NCBI GenBank assembly: GCA_963663545.1
Contig: OY760505.1
Coordinates: 1,888,001 to 1,952,000 of the forward strand
Length of the DNA stretch: 64,000 bases
Direction of reading: 5' to 3'
From: Candidatus Delongbacteria bacterium
GTDB lineage: Bacteria; CAIWAD01
Shown here: one piece after another, positions 9,054-19,637 of the stretch
Layout of the letters: each line of letters starts with the position of its first letter
Numbering within the stretch: the stretch's first letter is position 1
Translations under genes and position numbers: made by a program
The notes under the pieces: generated by a model
What the model saw: only the letters and a program-made list of their open reading frames with translations
Databases searched by the model: none
What the model was told of the DNA's origin: nothing

Positions 9054-12000
9054 ATGAATGAGCAACGAGTACGTCGCATTGATCTTCACGTTCACAGCTC
9101 TTTCAGTGACGGCACGCTGTCGCCGGAACAGCTGGCTGCCGAGCTTGCAGCCTCGAGTTGCAGTCATGTATCACTGACGGATCACAACACCTCGGCGGGA
9201 TGGGAGCGCTTTCGCGAAGCCGCTGAACGAAACGGCCTGCACGCAATCTGGGGTACCGAGCTGGATGCTCATGCAAGTTGTGGACCGATCCACTTGCTGG
9301 CTTACGGATGTGATCCACACAATGGCGCAATGCAGCGAATGATGCGTGCCCTGCGTCATCCATGGGGTCCGTTTGCAACGACCACCGGGCGGCGCTCGGA
9401 GATCCGACGCATTGCACCAGGGACGGGAAGCGTTGAGGCGGGTAGTGCAATTCAGCGTGTGCATCACGCCGGTGGAAGCGTATTCCTGGCACATCCCCGC
9501 ACCATCAGTGGCGATTGGCAGCGACTGGAACAGGCAATTGTGGACCTTCAGGCGCTAGGCTTGGACGGCATTGAAGCACACTACAAGTCGTATGATCGTG
9601 ATACTCGGGCTCGTCTGTGCGAAATGGCAGCAAAACACGGCCTACTGATCAGTGCTGGCAGCGACTACCACGGCCCGGGTGTATCACTGGGAGCCCCTAC
9701 TCCAGGCTACGACACTCCGGAGACGGTCTGGCGGCCACTGGCAAACAGCTTGGGCGCAGGAGACAACCTGTCGATCCGTACTACAACCGGAACGGGATTG
9801 CCTCCGCGACGATTACGCAGATTTCTGTTGCACATCGGACTTCCCGCTGCTCTTGCGGGACTCCTCTTTGTTCTGACGCTCTTCTTCGTTTTTCTGCCCG
9901 CCATTGAAAAGCAGCTGCTGGAGCGCAAGAAAGAAACGATCCGAGAGCTAACGCGCACCGCCGCCAGTATTCTGCAGGAGTATCACAGCGAAGCCCTTGC
10001 TGGATTGATGAGCGTGGAGCAGGCACAGCGTGAGAGTGTCGAGCGCGTATCACGAATGCGCTATGGAGAAGAGGGCAAAGACTACTTTTGGATCACAGAC
10101 ACGCACCCCACAATGGTGATGCACCCCTATCGTAGCGACCTGAACGGCCAGGACCTGAGCCAGTTCCGCGACAAGGCGGGCAACCTGGTGTTCGTGACCT
10201 TTGTTGAGGCCGTGCGTGAGGATGATGCTGGTTATGTCAACTACTACTGGCAATGGAAGGACGACCCGGATCAAATTGTCCCGAAACTGAGCTACCTGCA
10301 GGCCTTTCGGCCCTGGGGCTGGGTTATCGGCACAGGCATCTACACCGAGGACCTAAAAGCGGAGATCACCGGGATCAAGAACCGCCTTGTGCTGGCAAGC
10401 CTCTTGATCAGTGCAGTGGTGGCCCTGCTGCTGCTTCGTGTGGCACAACAAAGCTACCTGCTTGAACGCCGTCGTGCACGCGCAGAGGAAGAGCTTTCCC
10501 TAAGCAACGAGAAGTATCGCACGCTAGTGGAAGCCTCCACAGAGGGAACCATGATGGTCCTCAACGGCGAGTGCGCATACGCCAATGCGCCTCTGGAGGA
10601 AATGCTTGGCTACGGGCCCGGTGAGATTGGCGGGCGCTGTATCACGGAGTTGTTTTGTTCTGAAAGCACTCTCGACCGTTCCGCCATTGAGCACGTTCAG
10701 GCGTTGCTGGCGCAGGACCCGGCGCCCTCCAGCTTCCGAGCTCGAATGTGTGCCAAGGACAATCCTCCGCTTGATGTCCTGCTGATGGTGACACCGGTTC
10801 AGTTTGAGAATACGCACGGGATGATTCTGATTGTTCGTGATACACGCAGTCACCTGCAGGTTGAAGATGCACTGGCACGCTCGCGCGATCATTACCGCAA
10901 ACTCACTCAGCGAATGCCCCTGGGCGTCTTCCGCAGCCTTTGGCATGAGAACCACACAACGTTGATCGAGGCAAATACGGCGATGCTCGGGTTATTGGGG
11001 GCCTCGCCGGAGAGCGATCTTCGATCTTTGGACTGGCTTGAGATGATTGCAGAAGACACGCAGCGCAGGCGAGTGTACGACACCTTGTCTCACAAGGAAT
11101 CCGTTGAGCAGGAAAGCCTGACATTGCGCAGAGAGGACGGCACCCTTGTAGACGTTCGTCTGTTTGCGGTTCTCGTTCAGGAGGAAGATCGCTGTTTGTG
11201 TGACGGCATCCTGGAAGACATTACTCAACGCACACGTCAGGACGCCGGACGGGACGCACTCATCACACAACTGCAGACATCCCTGTTCTTTTTGCAGGAA
11301 CCTGTATCACGTGTAATGCGCGATGCGCCAACGCTATCACTGAATGAATCTGTACTTACTGCTCTTTCTCTGTTGACCAGAACATCCAGCCCGGCTTTGT
11401 TTGTTACAGACGACAAAATGCATGTGCTGGGGGTTATCACAAATCAGGATCTGTGTACGCGAGTTCTCAAGGTTGGCGCCGACAGCAGTCTACCATTGCG
11501 CAAAGCGATGAGTGCACCCGTGTGCAGTCTTTCTCCACATGCGCTGGTCAGTGAAGCGCTGACGCAGATGGAGGAGTACGACATCAGCCAGCTCGCCGTT
11601 GTTAACGAAGACGATCGACTGTTGGGCACGGTCCACATGAAGGACCTGGTACGCTTCCGGCAGACAAGCACGATTGTCCAGGCCGGCCGCATTGCCAAGG
11701 CGCAGAGTGCGAGCGAGTTGCATGATGTAGTAGAGGAGTTGCCACAGCTGGTGCAGGCCATGCTCAGTTCCGGTGTACGTGTCCGGCCCCTTTGCCGCAT
11801 TATTAGCAACACCGCTGACAAGGTCGCCGCTCGCCTGCTGACGCTGGCTCAGAACAAGCTTGGTCCTGCGCCCTGCCCCTTTGCACTGGTGGCAATGGGT
11901 AGCCAGGCTCGACAAGAACAAACGCTTCTGACGGATCAGGATACCGGGCTGATCTACGCCAAACCGCCACGGGAGCTGATGGACGCCTGGTCAGCGTATT

Positions 12001-12710
12001 TCCTTCGTCTAGGGAGTTATGTGACACAAGGGCTGGTGCAAGCAGGCTATCCCGAGTGTCCTGGCGGAGTCATGGCTTCCCGCACGATGTGGAATCAGTG
12101 CATTGATGATTGGATCACCGCCTTCGGGATGCGGATTCAGCACTCCAGTGCAGAGGACCTACTCGACTTCAACATCTCCTTCGATCTGCGATGTATCACC
12201 GGCGACCGCATTCTTGTGCAACAACTCAAGGACGCTGTTTTCGAAATGGTGGAGCCCAATCCTTCTTTCCTGCTGCACATGGCGCGAAATGCAAGTCTGA
12301 GCAAGCCACCAATTGGCGTTCGCGGCAACATTGTGACACACAGCAACAGCAAAGGAGAGAAGTGCATCAGCCTGAAAGAAGCACTGCTTCCTGTTGTGAA
12401 CTATGGTCGCCTCTATGCGCTGAAGCACTGCATTCAAGACACGCATACACTGGATCGTCTGGGCGAGTTGCAACGACTGGGTGGACTTAGTTCTTCTGGC
12501 TACGAAGAGCTGCAAGTAGACTATGAAGCGATTATGCACATGCGCCTTCGCCGCCAAGTGGACGCCCTGTTTTCAGGAAGAGCACCGGGCAACGACATCG
12601 GACCGGAGGATTGGACCGACTACGAAGAGAGTATGCTGAAACGTCTTTTCGGGCTCCATGGAGATTTGCGCAAAAAGATCGGCTATGATTTTCTAGGCGG
12701 TATGGTATAA
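9054..12710 (+). CDS. PHP - TM - sCache_2 - TM - PAS - PAS - CBS pair - DUF294 nucleotidyltransferase/DUF294_C fusion
   Basis: PHP motifs DLHVHSSFSDG, TDHN, AHP, GSDYHG. Cache_2 motif YFWITD...MHPY...GYVNYYWQW...KLSY...WGWVIGTGIY. Nucleotidyltransferase motif GSQARQEQ...DQD. C-terminal substrate-binding domain (LKEALLPVVNYGRLYALK). Confidence 0.85.
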   Translation: MNEQRVRRIDLHVHSSFSDGTLSPEQLAAELAASSCSHVSLTDHNTSAGWERFREAAERNGLHAIWGTELDAHASCGPIHLLAYGCDPHNGAMQRMMRALRHPWGPFATTTGRRSEIRRIAPGTGSVEAGSAIQRVHHAGGSVFLAHPRTISGDWQRLEQAIVDLQALGLDGIEAHYKSYDRDTRARLCEMAAKHGLLISAGSDYHGPGVSLGAPTPGYDTPETVWRPLANSLGAGDNLSIRTTTGTGLPPRRLRRFLLHIGLPAALAGLLFVLTLFFVFLPAIEKQLLERKKETIRELTRTAASILQEYHSEALAGLMSVEQAQRESVERVSRMRYGEEGKDYFWITDTHPTMVMHPYRSDLNGQDLSQFRDKAGNLVFVTFVEAVREDDAGYVNYYWQWKDDPDQIVPKLSYLQAFRPWGWVIGTGIYTEDLKAEITGIKNRLVLASLLISAVVALLLLRVAQQSYLLERRRARAEEELSLSNEKYRTLVEASTEGTMMVLNGECAYANAPLEEMLGYGPGEIGGRCITELFCSESTLDRSAIEHVQALLAQDPAPSSFRARMCAKDNPPLDVLLMVTPVQFENTHGMILIVRDTRSHLQVEDALARSRDHYRKLTQRMPLGVFRSLWHENHTTLIEANTAMLGLLGASPESDLRSLDWLEMIAEDTQRRRVYDTLSHKESVEQESLTLRREDGTLVDVRLFAVLVQEEDRCLCDGILEDITQRTRQDAGRDALITQLQTSLFFLQEPVSRVMRDAPTLSLNESVLTALSLLTRTSSPALFVTDDKMHVLGVITNQDLCTRVLKVGADSSLPLRKAMSAPVCSLSPHALVSEALTQMEEYDISQLAVVNEDDRLLGTVHMKDLVRFRQTSTIVQAGRIAKAQSASELHDVVEELPQLVQAMLSSGVRVRPLCRIISNTADKVAARLLTLAQNKLGPAPCPFALVAMGSQARQEQTLLTDQDTGLIYAKPPRELMDAWSAYFLRLGSYVTQGLVQAGYPECPGGVMASRTMWNQCIDDWITAFGMRIQHSSAEDLLDFNISFDLRCITGDRILVQQLKDAVFEMVEPNPSFLLHMARNASLSKPPIGVRGNIVTHSNSKGEKCISLKEALLPVVNYGRLYALKHCIQDTHTLDRLGELQRLGGLSSSGYEELQVDYEAIMHMRLRRQVDALFSGRAPGNDIGPEDWTDYEESMLKRLFGLHGDLRKKIGYDFLGGMV

Positions 12711-12714
12711 AATG

Positions 12715-12741
12715 GCCGCCCCGACATGTCGTAGGGGCGGC
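12715..12741. terminator. Hairpin between convergent genes
   Basis: GCCGCCCC...GGGGCGGC stem. Confidence 0.5.
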
Positions 12742-12764
12742 TCGAAAGTCCACTTTACGGTGTG

Positions 12765-14747
12765 TCACACCGCCAGCTTCTTCCAGAGGAAGCGGAAGAT
12801 CTGCACACTCATACGTGCACGCTGCTTCATGTTGGCAGCCATGCCATGACCGCCTTCTGTGTTCTCGTAATACAACACATCGTGGCCCTGTTCGCTCATC
12901 TTGTGCGCCATGCGGCGGGCGTGACCCGGATGTACGCGATCGTCGCGCGTGGAGGTCATCAGTAGAATAGGCGGATACTCCGCTTCCGCGTCAAGCCGAT
13001 GATACGGCGAATAGGCTTCAATAGCAGCTCGCTCCTCGGGCAGATCGGGATTTCCATACTCTCCCATCCAGCTCGCTCCGGCAAGTAGTTTGTGATACCG
13101 CAACATGTCCAGCAACGGCACCTGGCAAACCACTGCCCCGAAGCTCTCGGGATGCTGTGTCATGCATGCGCCAACCAACAAGCCGCCATTGCTGCCGCCT
13201 TCAATGCCCAGTGTTTTACTGTTGCAGACACCGCGCCGCTGCAAATCCAGTGCAACAGCGTAGAAATCGTCGAAAGATTTCTGACGATTCTCCTTCAACG
13301 CCGCCTGATGCCATTCCGGACCGAACTCGCCACCCCCTCTAATGTTGGCGATCACATAGCACCCACCGCGCTCAAGCCACAAGCTGCCAACGGTGGGATC
13401 GTAATGCGGCAGGAGTGAAATCTCAAAACCGCCATAACCATACAAGAGCGTTGGTGTGTTACCATCCAAGGGAAGGTATTTGCGAGAGATCTGCGTATAG
13501 GGAATGCGAGTGCCATCCGGACTAATGGCAACGTGCTGCTGGACGTGCAAGCCATCACGGTCAAAGGCTTCTCTATTGCTGTAACACAGACGTAATTCCC
13601 CCTGTGCATTCATGTGATACAGCGCTTGTGGTGTGAGGTATCCTGTGGCGGAAATCAACAGTTCTTCGCTGTACATGTCGCATGAAAACAGACTGACGCA
13701 CTCTGCGCCTTCGATTGTAATGCGCTCGTAGGTATATGCGTCATTGTTCTGTAGAACACGTAGCAGGCCTTGACGCACGTTGTCGATAATATTGAGGTAG
13801 ATGCTGTCCCGTGACACACAAACGGATCTCAATGATTGATGTGCTTCGGGTGTAAAAAACGAGACGGCCGTGTCACGTTCGAGATCGTAAAGCACCGCAC
13901 TTCCGCCGGGAATGCCGCGCCATTCACTACGCAACTCGAGCACCAGCATGCCGCGATAGGTATCCTGCACAATCACGTCTGCGGGTAAAGGCAGCTTCCT
14001 GATACCGGATGAAGTGTAGTGGTAATGGGTGGTCAAATAGAAACTGTGTGACACACCAAGCAAGTTGACCTTGCCGTCCTCGCGATGCATCAAATAAACG
14101 AAGCAGCGCATATCATCGCTCTCGCACTCGAGCAGAACCTGTGCTTCCTGCAACTTCTGCCCTCGCCTCCATAGGCGAATGCTGCCGGGATAGCCGGCAT
14201 CTGTGTTCCGTCCGCCATCTTGTGCTGTGCAAATGAGGATTGTATCACGATCCAGCCAGGCGGCCATGCTCTTATCCTCTTCGACAAAGAAGCCGTTCTC
14301 GACAAACTGCTTGTTGCGACGATCAAACTCGCGTATCACAACGGCGTCCTTGCCTCCGCGAGAAAGCATAACAAGGGAAAGCTCCTCTTCGGTGAGTGTT
14401 CTCGTTCCTGAGTACACCCAATTCTCCCCTTCTTCCTCCGCGAGAGCATCTACATCAATGAGCACGTTCCACTCGGCACACTCTTCCCCATAGTCTGCTA
14501 AATCAAGCGTGCGAACAAGACCGCGCACATGATCTGCGTCCACCCAAAAGCCATTCACTTCCTTGTTGCGAAGATTGCCATAAGGGATGCGGTCCTTCGA
14601 TTCGAGGTTTTCCAATACTCGTGCAAGATCCCTCTCGTATTGTTCATCCTCCCCAAGTACCGCCACGCTTCTCTTGTTCTGTTCCTCCACCCAGCTCAGC
14701 GCACGCTTACCCTCAATTTCTTCCAACCACAATCTGTCCTCAGTCAT
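12765..14747 (-). CDS. Prolyl oligopeptidase (S9A)
   Basis: Motifs YGYGGF, NIRGGGEFG, GGSNGGLL (catalytic Ser), DDRVHP, GGHG. Confidence 0.93.
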   Translation of the reverse strand: MTEDRLWLEEIEGKRALSWVEEQNKRSVAVLGEDEQYERDLARVLENLESKDRIPYGNLRNKEVNGFWVDADHVRGLVRTLDLADYGEECAEWNVLIDVDALAEEEGENWVYSGTRTLTEEELSLVMLSRGGKDAVVIREFDRRNKQFVENGFFVEEDKSMAAWLDRDTILICTAQDGGRNTDAGYPGSIRLWRRGQKLQEAQVLLECESDDMRCFVYLMHREDGKVNLLGVSHSFYLTTHYHYTSSGIRKLPLPADVIVQDTYRGMLVLELRSEWRGIPGGSAVLYDLERDTAVSFFTPEAHQSLRSVCVSRDSIYLNIIDNVRQGLLRVLQNNDAYTYERITIEGAECVSLFSCDMYSEELLISATGYLTPQALYHMNAQGELRLCYSNREAFDRDGLHVQQHVAISPDGTRIPYTQISRKYLPLDGNTPTLLYGYGGFEISLLPHYDPTVGSLWLERGGCYVIANIRGGGEFGPEWHQAALKENRQKSFDDFYAVALDLQRRGVCNSKTLGIEGGSNGGLLVGACMTQHPESFGAVVCQVPLLDMLRYHKLLAGASWMGEYGNPDLPEERAAIEAYSPYHRLDAEAEYPPILLMTSTRDDRVHPGHARRMAHKMSEQGHDVLYYENTEGGHGMAANMKQRARMSVQIFRFLWKKLAV

Positions 14748-14771
14748 CGGTTCTCGTCCTTTAGCCTTGTG

Positions 14772-16826
14772 TTAGTGTGTAAGTCGACGTAGGTCTTTTC
14801 TGGCGGCCGGACGAAATCGAATCGCCACACCGCCTCCGGGCGCCAGTCGAAGCGGCAATGTATCACCACATTCAACCAATCGCTCCTCGACTACGTAGTT
14901 TAGCGGATCACTTTTCCAATCTGCTGTATCACCATCGCGGTAGACTTGTGCCACATAGGGGCGTCCCGCATCAAGGAAGTTCAGAGGAATTTCAAGCACC
15001 CGTCCGAACTCGTCGGTGATACTCCCAAGGAACCAATCATCGCCTCCGCGTTCGCGGCGCACGATAGTCAGATAATCATTTATGCGAGCGTTGAGCACCC
15101 TTGTTTCGGACCAGTCCACGGGCACATCGCGAATAAACTGAAAAGCGTCCAGGTGCCGTTCGTAATTCTCTGGCAGATCCGCGGCCATTTGCAGCGGGCT
15201 GTAGAGGACAACGTACAAAGCCAACTGCTTGGCCAGTGTCGTGTTGACGCGGTTTTCTGGTTTTGTTGGCAGTAGGATGTCGAAGATGCCCGGTGTGAAA
15301 TCCATCGGTCCTGACAAGAGCCGCGTAAAAGGAATAAGGGTCGTGTAGTCCGGCGGATTTCCCCCGTTTTCGCCCCAGGCGTTGAACTCCTGTCCCCGCG
15401 CGCCTTCACGCGTCATCATATTGGGCCAGGTACGGCGAATGCCCGTATCCTTGATGGGCTCGTGTACATCCAGCATGATATGCTGTGCCGCCGCCGCCTC
15501 TACCACCTTTCGGTAGTGACGAACCATGTGCTGACCGTGATGCCATTCAAGCGCGAGATTGCCGTCGTCGTCAATGCGTTTGATGTTTTGTCCGTGGTTC
15601 ACGTAGCCGGTCTTGATTGTGTTCACACCAAACCGCTTGTAATACGCGAAAGCGTCTTCAAGCTGGCGCTCATAGTTGATGGGGCTACCGCCGGTTTCGT
15701 GATGACCAATCAGAGATACGCCTTTCTCTTTGGCATATCGTGATACAGCCTCCATGTCAAATTCGGGGTGAGCCTCCGTGAAATTGAAGATATCGCCGTT
15801 GGCAATCCAATCACCGTCCCAACCCGTGTTCCATCCCTCAACGAGCACTCCGTCAAAACCGTACTTCGCTGCAAAATCGATGTAGTGTTTTGCCTTGGCC
15901 GTAGTCGCGCCGTGCTTTTCTCCGCTTCCCCATGTAGAGACATCAATGTGCATCTCCCACCAGATGCCGACGTACTTCGCTGGTTTGATCCAGCTCGTGT
16001 CTTCGATCTTGCAGGGCTCGTTCAAGTTGAGAACAAGGTCACTTGTAATCAGGTTTCCAGGTGTATCACAGATCACTATCGTCCGCCATGGTGATACAAG
16101 CGGAGTTTGTCCCTTCACGCGGACGCCATCCGACCAGGGTACAAGATCGGCCTCTAAGGTTGTTTGACCCGTGCGCTTGAGAGTCATAGAGGCAAAATCC
16201 GTCAACGCAGCCTCATGAATCGACAGATACAAGCCATCGGCTGTTTCCATTGTGAGTGGGGTATGAACCGTATCGATTTCACTGACTGGGCTACACGCAG
16301 GCAGGTACTCATAGCGGTTCCACTGGTAGGCCTTGATCCACCAGGAACGGTGATCACCAGCCAAGGCGAACTCCGTCAGCTCATCCATGATGTTGATGCA
16401 ATCCATGGCTGGCTGTTCTGGAATTTCATAGCGGAAGCCGACGCCGTCATCAAACACTCGAAAGATGTAATTGAGTCTGCGATGGTCGCCGTGTTCTTCC
16501 TGCAGCTCTACTCTCAGTTCTGTGTAGTTGTTGCGTACAAGCTCGCGCTCGCCCCAGACCGTGGTCCAGTTCTCGTCAACAACGCGAACCTGATGTGATA
16601 CAACCGTGAAATCCCAAGCCAAGGGCGCCTCATCCAAGAGGAGCAATCCAAGTCGCCCCGGTAAGAGCACGGGCTCCCCGAAGCGTGACACATCATACTG
16701 TGGAACACCGCGGTCCAGCCGGAAGGCAAGATCAAGAATGTTCCCTGGTGACTGCACACGCAGCTCCTCTGCTGTGACACAAGAAGCACTGATCAGCACG
16801 ATTGAGAGCAGGTGATACCACTTCAT
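14772..16826 (-). CDS. Glycoside hydrolase family 97 (alpha-glucosidase/SusB-like), with signal peptide
   Basis: Motifs SPWRT, KYVGIWWEMH, LVEGWN, IGHHET, REGARGQE, GPMDFTPG. Confidence 0.93.
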   Translation of the reverse strand: MKWYHLLSIVLISASCVTAEELRVQSPGNILDLAFRLDRGVPQYDVSRFGEPVLLPGRLGLLLLDEAPLAWDFTVVSHQVRVVDENWTTVWGERELVRNNYTELRVELQEEHGDHRRLNYIFRVFDDGVGFRYEIPEQPAMDCINIMDELTEFALAGDHRSWWIKAYQWNRYEYLPACSPVSEIDTVHTPLTMETADGLYLSIHEAALTDFASMTLKRTGQTTLEADLVPWSDGVRVKGQTPLVSPWRTIVICDTPGNLITSDLVLNLNEPCKIEDTSWIKPAKYVGIWWEMHIDVSTWGSGEKHGATTAKAKHYIDFAAKYGFDGVLVEGWNTGWDGDWIANGDIFNFTEAHPEFDMEAVSRYAKEKGVSLIGHHETGGSPINYERQLEDAFAYYKRFGVNTIKTGYVNHGQNIKRIDDDGNLALEWHHGQHMVRHYRKVVEAAAAQHIMLDVHEPIKDTGIRRTWPNMMTREGARGQEFNAWGENGGNPPDYTTLIPFTRLLSGPMDFTPGIFDILLPTKPENRVNTTLAKQLALYVVLYSPLQMAADLPENYERHLDAFQFIRDVPVDWSETRVLNARINDYLTIVRRERGGDDWFLGSITDEFGRVLEIPLNFLDAGRPYVAQVYRDGDTADWKSDPLNYVVEERLVECGDTLPLRLAPGGGVAIRFRPAARKDLRRLTH

Positions 16827-16904
16827 GACTCCTCCTGAACGAGTTTTCCCTCTCGACCGATCGTCCCAGCTGCTGTTCTGTGATACACAGCTATCTGTGA
16901 ATTT

Positions 16905-17603
16905 TCATCCACGACACTCGTAAACATCTCTTCTCTGCTGAGCCGGGTACAGAAGCGCTGTTTCCGCCGGAGCTTCCCTATTTTCCCACGGATTGGTCAG
17001 CGGTGGAAAGACAAACACCAGGCCGATACCCGTCACGATACACACGGTCATTACAATAACGAAAAGAATGACGCGCGCGCGCTTGATTGCAATGCGCAAG
17101 CCAGCTGAAAGCGTTTGACTCCAGATTTCCACCGTCCAGAACAGGCAAACTAAAACCAGTAGCAGCGGCAATGGTGGCCGATCCAAGATGTAGGGCAACA
17201 GGAAGGACAGCAAAAAGAGCAATACCGCGCTGCCCAGTACGCACGAACCCAGCAGATTCTGTTGCACCATCCAGTCGGCCATTGCTGCTGGGTTTCCCGG
17301 CATTAGCGCCCGTGCATTGTGTGTCGGCTGGCCGTCTCGTCCGTGTTCTTCCACATAACGCCCCCACCACAGAAGCAACCCCAGCAGATAGAAAAGGGGA
17401 ATTCCCGCAACTACGGCGAGCAGCAGGTACAACAGCAGCTCACTTTGAGTGTGACTGAACAACATCCAGAGGCGAAAACCAAGCAACAGAGACGCCAGAC
17501 CGCTAAGCAGATCAGGAAGAATGCTTGTCTCACGCGGTTGCAACCTTGGGGCACTGTACAGCGGCGCAAATGGCAGAAGGAAGCTGAGGAATAGGTGCCG
17601 CAT
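16905..17603 (-). CDS. Hypothetical multi-pass membrane protein (possibly Yip1-like)
   Basis: About 5 hydrophobic segments; start coupled to the upstream stop (TAATG). Confidence 0.55.
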   Translation of the reverse strand: MRHLFLSFLLPFAPLYSAPRLQPRETSILPDLLSGLASLLLGFRLWMLFSHTQSELLLYLLLAVVAGIPLFYLLGLLLWWGRYVEEHGRDGQPTHNARALMPGNPAAMADWMVQQNLLGSCVLGSAVLLFLLSFLLPYILDRPPLPLLLVLVCLFWTVEIWSQTLSAGLRIAIKRARVILFVIVMTVCIVTGIGLVFVFPPLTNPWENREAPAETALLYPAQQRRDVYECRG

Positions 17604-18202
17604 TACATCACCGTCCATTTTAGGCGAAGCATAGCCATTGCCATAGTCACGAGATAATAGGCGACGATGACCGTCCCCAGAACGAGCAACTTGGCTGCCG
17701 TTGAAACATCCGTTACCGCAGAGTAGCCCAAGACCACAAGCGCCATGGCGTAATACATGGGCACGTTCTGAAACCAGATCAGACTGGAGTCAACGCCCTG
17801 CAGCATCACGCATACAGGGAAAACCAGCATGCACGCCCACATTCCAAGAACCGTGACACACAGCATATCGCGAAAATGGCCGCCTCCGCCCAGAAAGCAT
17901 AGGACTCCGTACACCATTGCTGTTAACAGATAGGCCAAAATCAAAACCGTGGAGAGAAACAACACAACTCGAAGCGGCACTGGCAGAATGGTAATCGTGC
18001 TCAATCGGTACACAGGTGGGACCATCAACTGGCGTGTGAAATAGAAAACGAGGCCAGGAATGAGTACGGCAAACTCAGGCCAGAACGCTGGCCTGACGGA
18101 TTGAAGCCTACGAATCGCTGCAACCGGCCTGATTGCGAAGTAGGGAAAGACATAGAGCAAGAAGTAGAACAGATTTCCTGTAACCGCTGGCCTGTCGCTC
18201 AT
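17603..18202 (-). CDS. Yip1-like membrane protein
   Basis: Five-TM pattern with a 'FLGGGGHFRD' loop; AGGAG RBS. Confidence 0.6.
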   Translation of the reverse strand: MSDRPAVTGNLFYFLLYVFPYFAIRPVAAIRRLQSVRPAFWPEFAVLIPGLVFYFTRQLMVPPVYRLSTITILPVPLRVVLFLSTVLILAYLLTAMVYGVLCFLGGGGHFRDMLCVTVLGMWACMLVFPVCVMLQGVDSSLIWFQNVPMYYAMALVVLGYSAVTDVSTAAKLLVLGTVIVAYYLVTMAMAMLRLKWTVM

Positions 18203-18217
18203 TTGAATCTCCTGTAC

Positions 18218-18775
18218 CTAGCCGATACTCAGCCGAAAAACGCTGTACTGCCCAAAGAGTATCTGCTGAAGGACCTGAACACCAAATCCGGAAATCATCA
18301 GCACCATGAGCGTTTGGAACAAGTTTAGATCGAGAAACTCTCCAAATGCAGAAACACAAATATACACCCAATACAAAGCTAATGCAGCAAATAGAACGGT
18401 CGCGATCCCATTCCCGACTGAAAGCAGCGGAATAGCGAATAGGAAGAGAAGGAGTGTGCCCACATTGATGAAAGCAAAGACCATTTTACCGGATCTGAAA
18501 TCTGTCGCACCGCCAAAGACCATGGCGACGAAATAGAGCACGAGCGAACTCAGGTACAGCCCAAGGATGCCGATGACCACCTGCATTCCCAGGAAAACCG
18601 GATTGAATCGAAAACCAAAGAGAAGCGAGACAAACCCGAAAAGAACCGTGTATGCACAGACTACTGCCTCCGCCCAGTAACCGGGCGCCTCATGTATCAT
18701 TCGTGCCACGACTTTTCTTGGCGCGTGCATGAACTGCAAAATGGATCCAAACCAAAAGTAGATCGGGTCTTTCAT
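18218..18775 (-). CDS. Yip1-like membrane protein
   Basis: 'APRKVV' N-terminus, 'VFGGATDFR' loop, five TMs; GGAG RBS before ATG 18775. Confidence 0.65.
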   Translation of the reverse strand: MKDPIYFWFGSILQFMHAPRKVVARMIHEAPGYWAEAVVCAYTVLFGFVSLLFGFRFNPVFLGMQVVIGILGLYLSSLVLYFVAMVFGGATDFRSGKMVFAFINVGTLLLFLFAIPLLSVGNGIATVLFAALALYWVYICVSAFGEFLDLNLFQTLMVLMISGFGVQVLQQILFGQYSVFRLSIG

Positions 18776-18866
18776 GGCTCCCCCCGTGTAACCTGATGGA
18801 TGTAGGTGTTTTGCAGATGCTCGTCGTGTGTGACACAATCTAATGCTGTCGACAAGATCGTGAATG

Positions 18867-18903
18867 AAAAAGGAAAACGCCCCACCTGTGGGGGGTGGGG
18901 CGT
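18867..18903 (-). terminator. Rho-independent terminator of the flavodoxin-fold gene
   Basis: ACGCCCCACC/GGTGGGGCGT stem followed by a T-rich tract on the minus strand. Confidence 0.7.
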
Positions 18904-18953
18904 ACTCTCATCCTGAATTTCCTCCAGGGCAGGCTGGCGTCTTCTAGCGCGCC

Positions 18954-19541
18954 TTATCCCTCAAGCATTGCCGCTACGCGCTTGCGGAAGTCTTCCAGGT
19001 AACCGTCTCGTACATCATCGCTTACCGAAGGCACCGATCCGTAGAAAATGTGATCCAGCACCACCATGTCGCAGAAGCGGAAAATGCCCTCGTCGCTTGT
19101 CTTGCGCATGGCATCGCTCATTCCACTCTGATCATAATAGCTGGTTGGCGTGCCTGTAGTGTTGACGACGATCACACGCGTATCCGAAAGCAGACCCTTG
19201 ATCTGTCCATTCTTCGCAACATAGGCAAAGCCGTAGGTTAGTGTACGATCGATCCAGCCCTTGAGAATGGCCGGCATACCCGTCCACCAAATGGGGTAGG
19301 AAAAGACGATCAGATCGGCCCAGCGGACCAACTCTTGCTGCGCACGAATATCATCGGGCGTGTTTCCTGCAGCAATTCGCCCCAGATCTTCTCCCGTTAG
19401 CACCGGTGAGAAGTCTTCCTGGTACAAGTCCAGCAGTTTAACATCGTGCCCTTTTGCTTTTGCTTCTTCAAGCACAACATGCGAAAGGGCGTGATTGAAG
19501 CTCGCTGTATTTGGATGGGCGTACACGACCAGAATCTGCAT
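18954..19541 (-). CDS. NAD(P)H dehydrogenase (quinone), flavodoxin_2 family
   Basis: Motifs YAHPN.SFN and YPIWWTGMPAILKGWIDR. Confidence 0.9.
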   Translation of the reverse strand: MQILVVYAHPNTASFNHALSHVVLEEAKAKGHDVKLLDLYQEDFSPVLTGEDLGRIAAGNTPDDIRAQQELVRWADLIVFSYPIWWTGMPAILKGWIDRTLTYGFAYVAKNGQIKGLLSDTRVIVVNTTGTPTSYYDQSGMSDAMRKTSDEGIFRFCDMVVLDHIFYGSVPSVSDDVRDGYLEDFRKRVAAMLEG

Positions 19542-19637
19542 TTTCGTTCTCCGCTAATATTGTTTGTCAAAACTAAGTCGCTCCAACGCAAAGCGAAATG
19601 GAGTGTTCCCGGAAGGGAAGGAGAAAAGGCGAAAATA

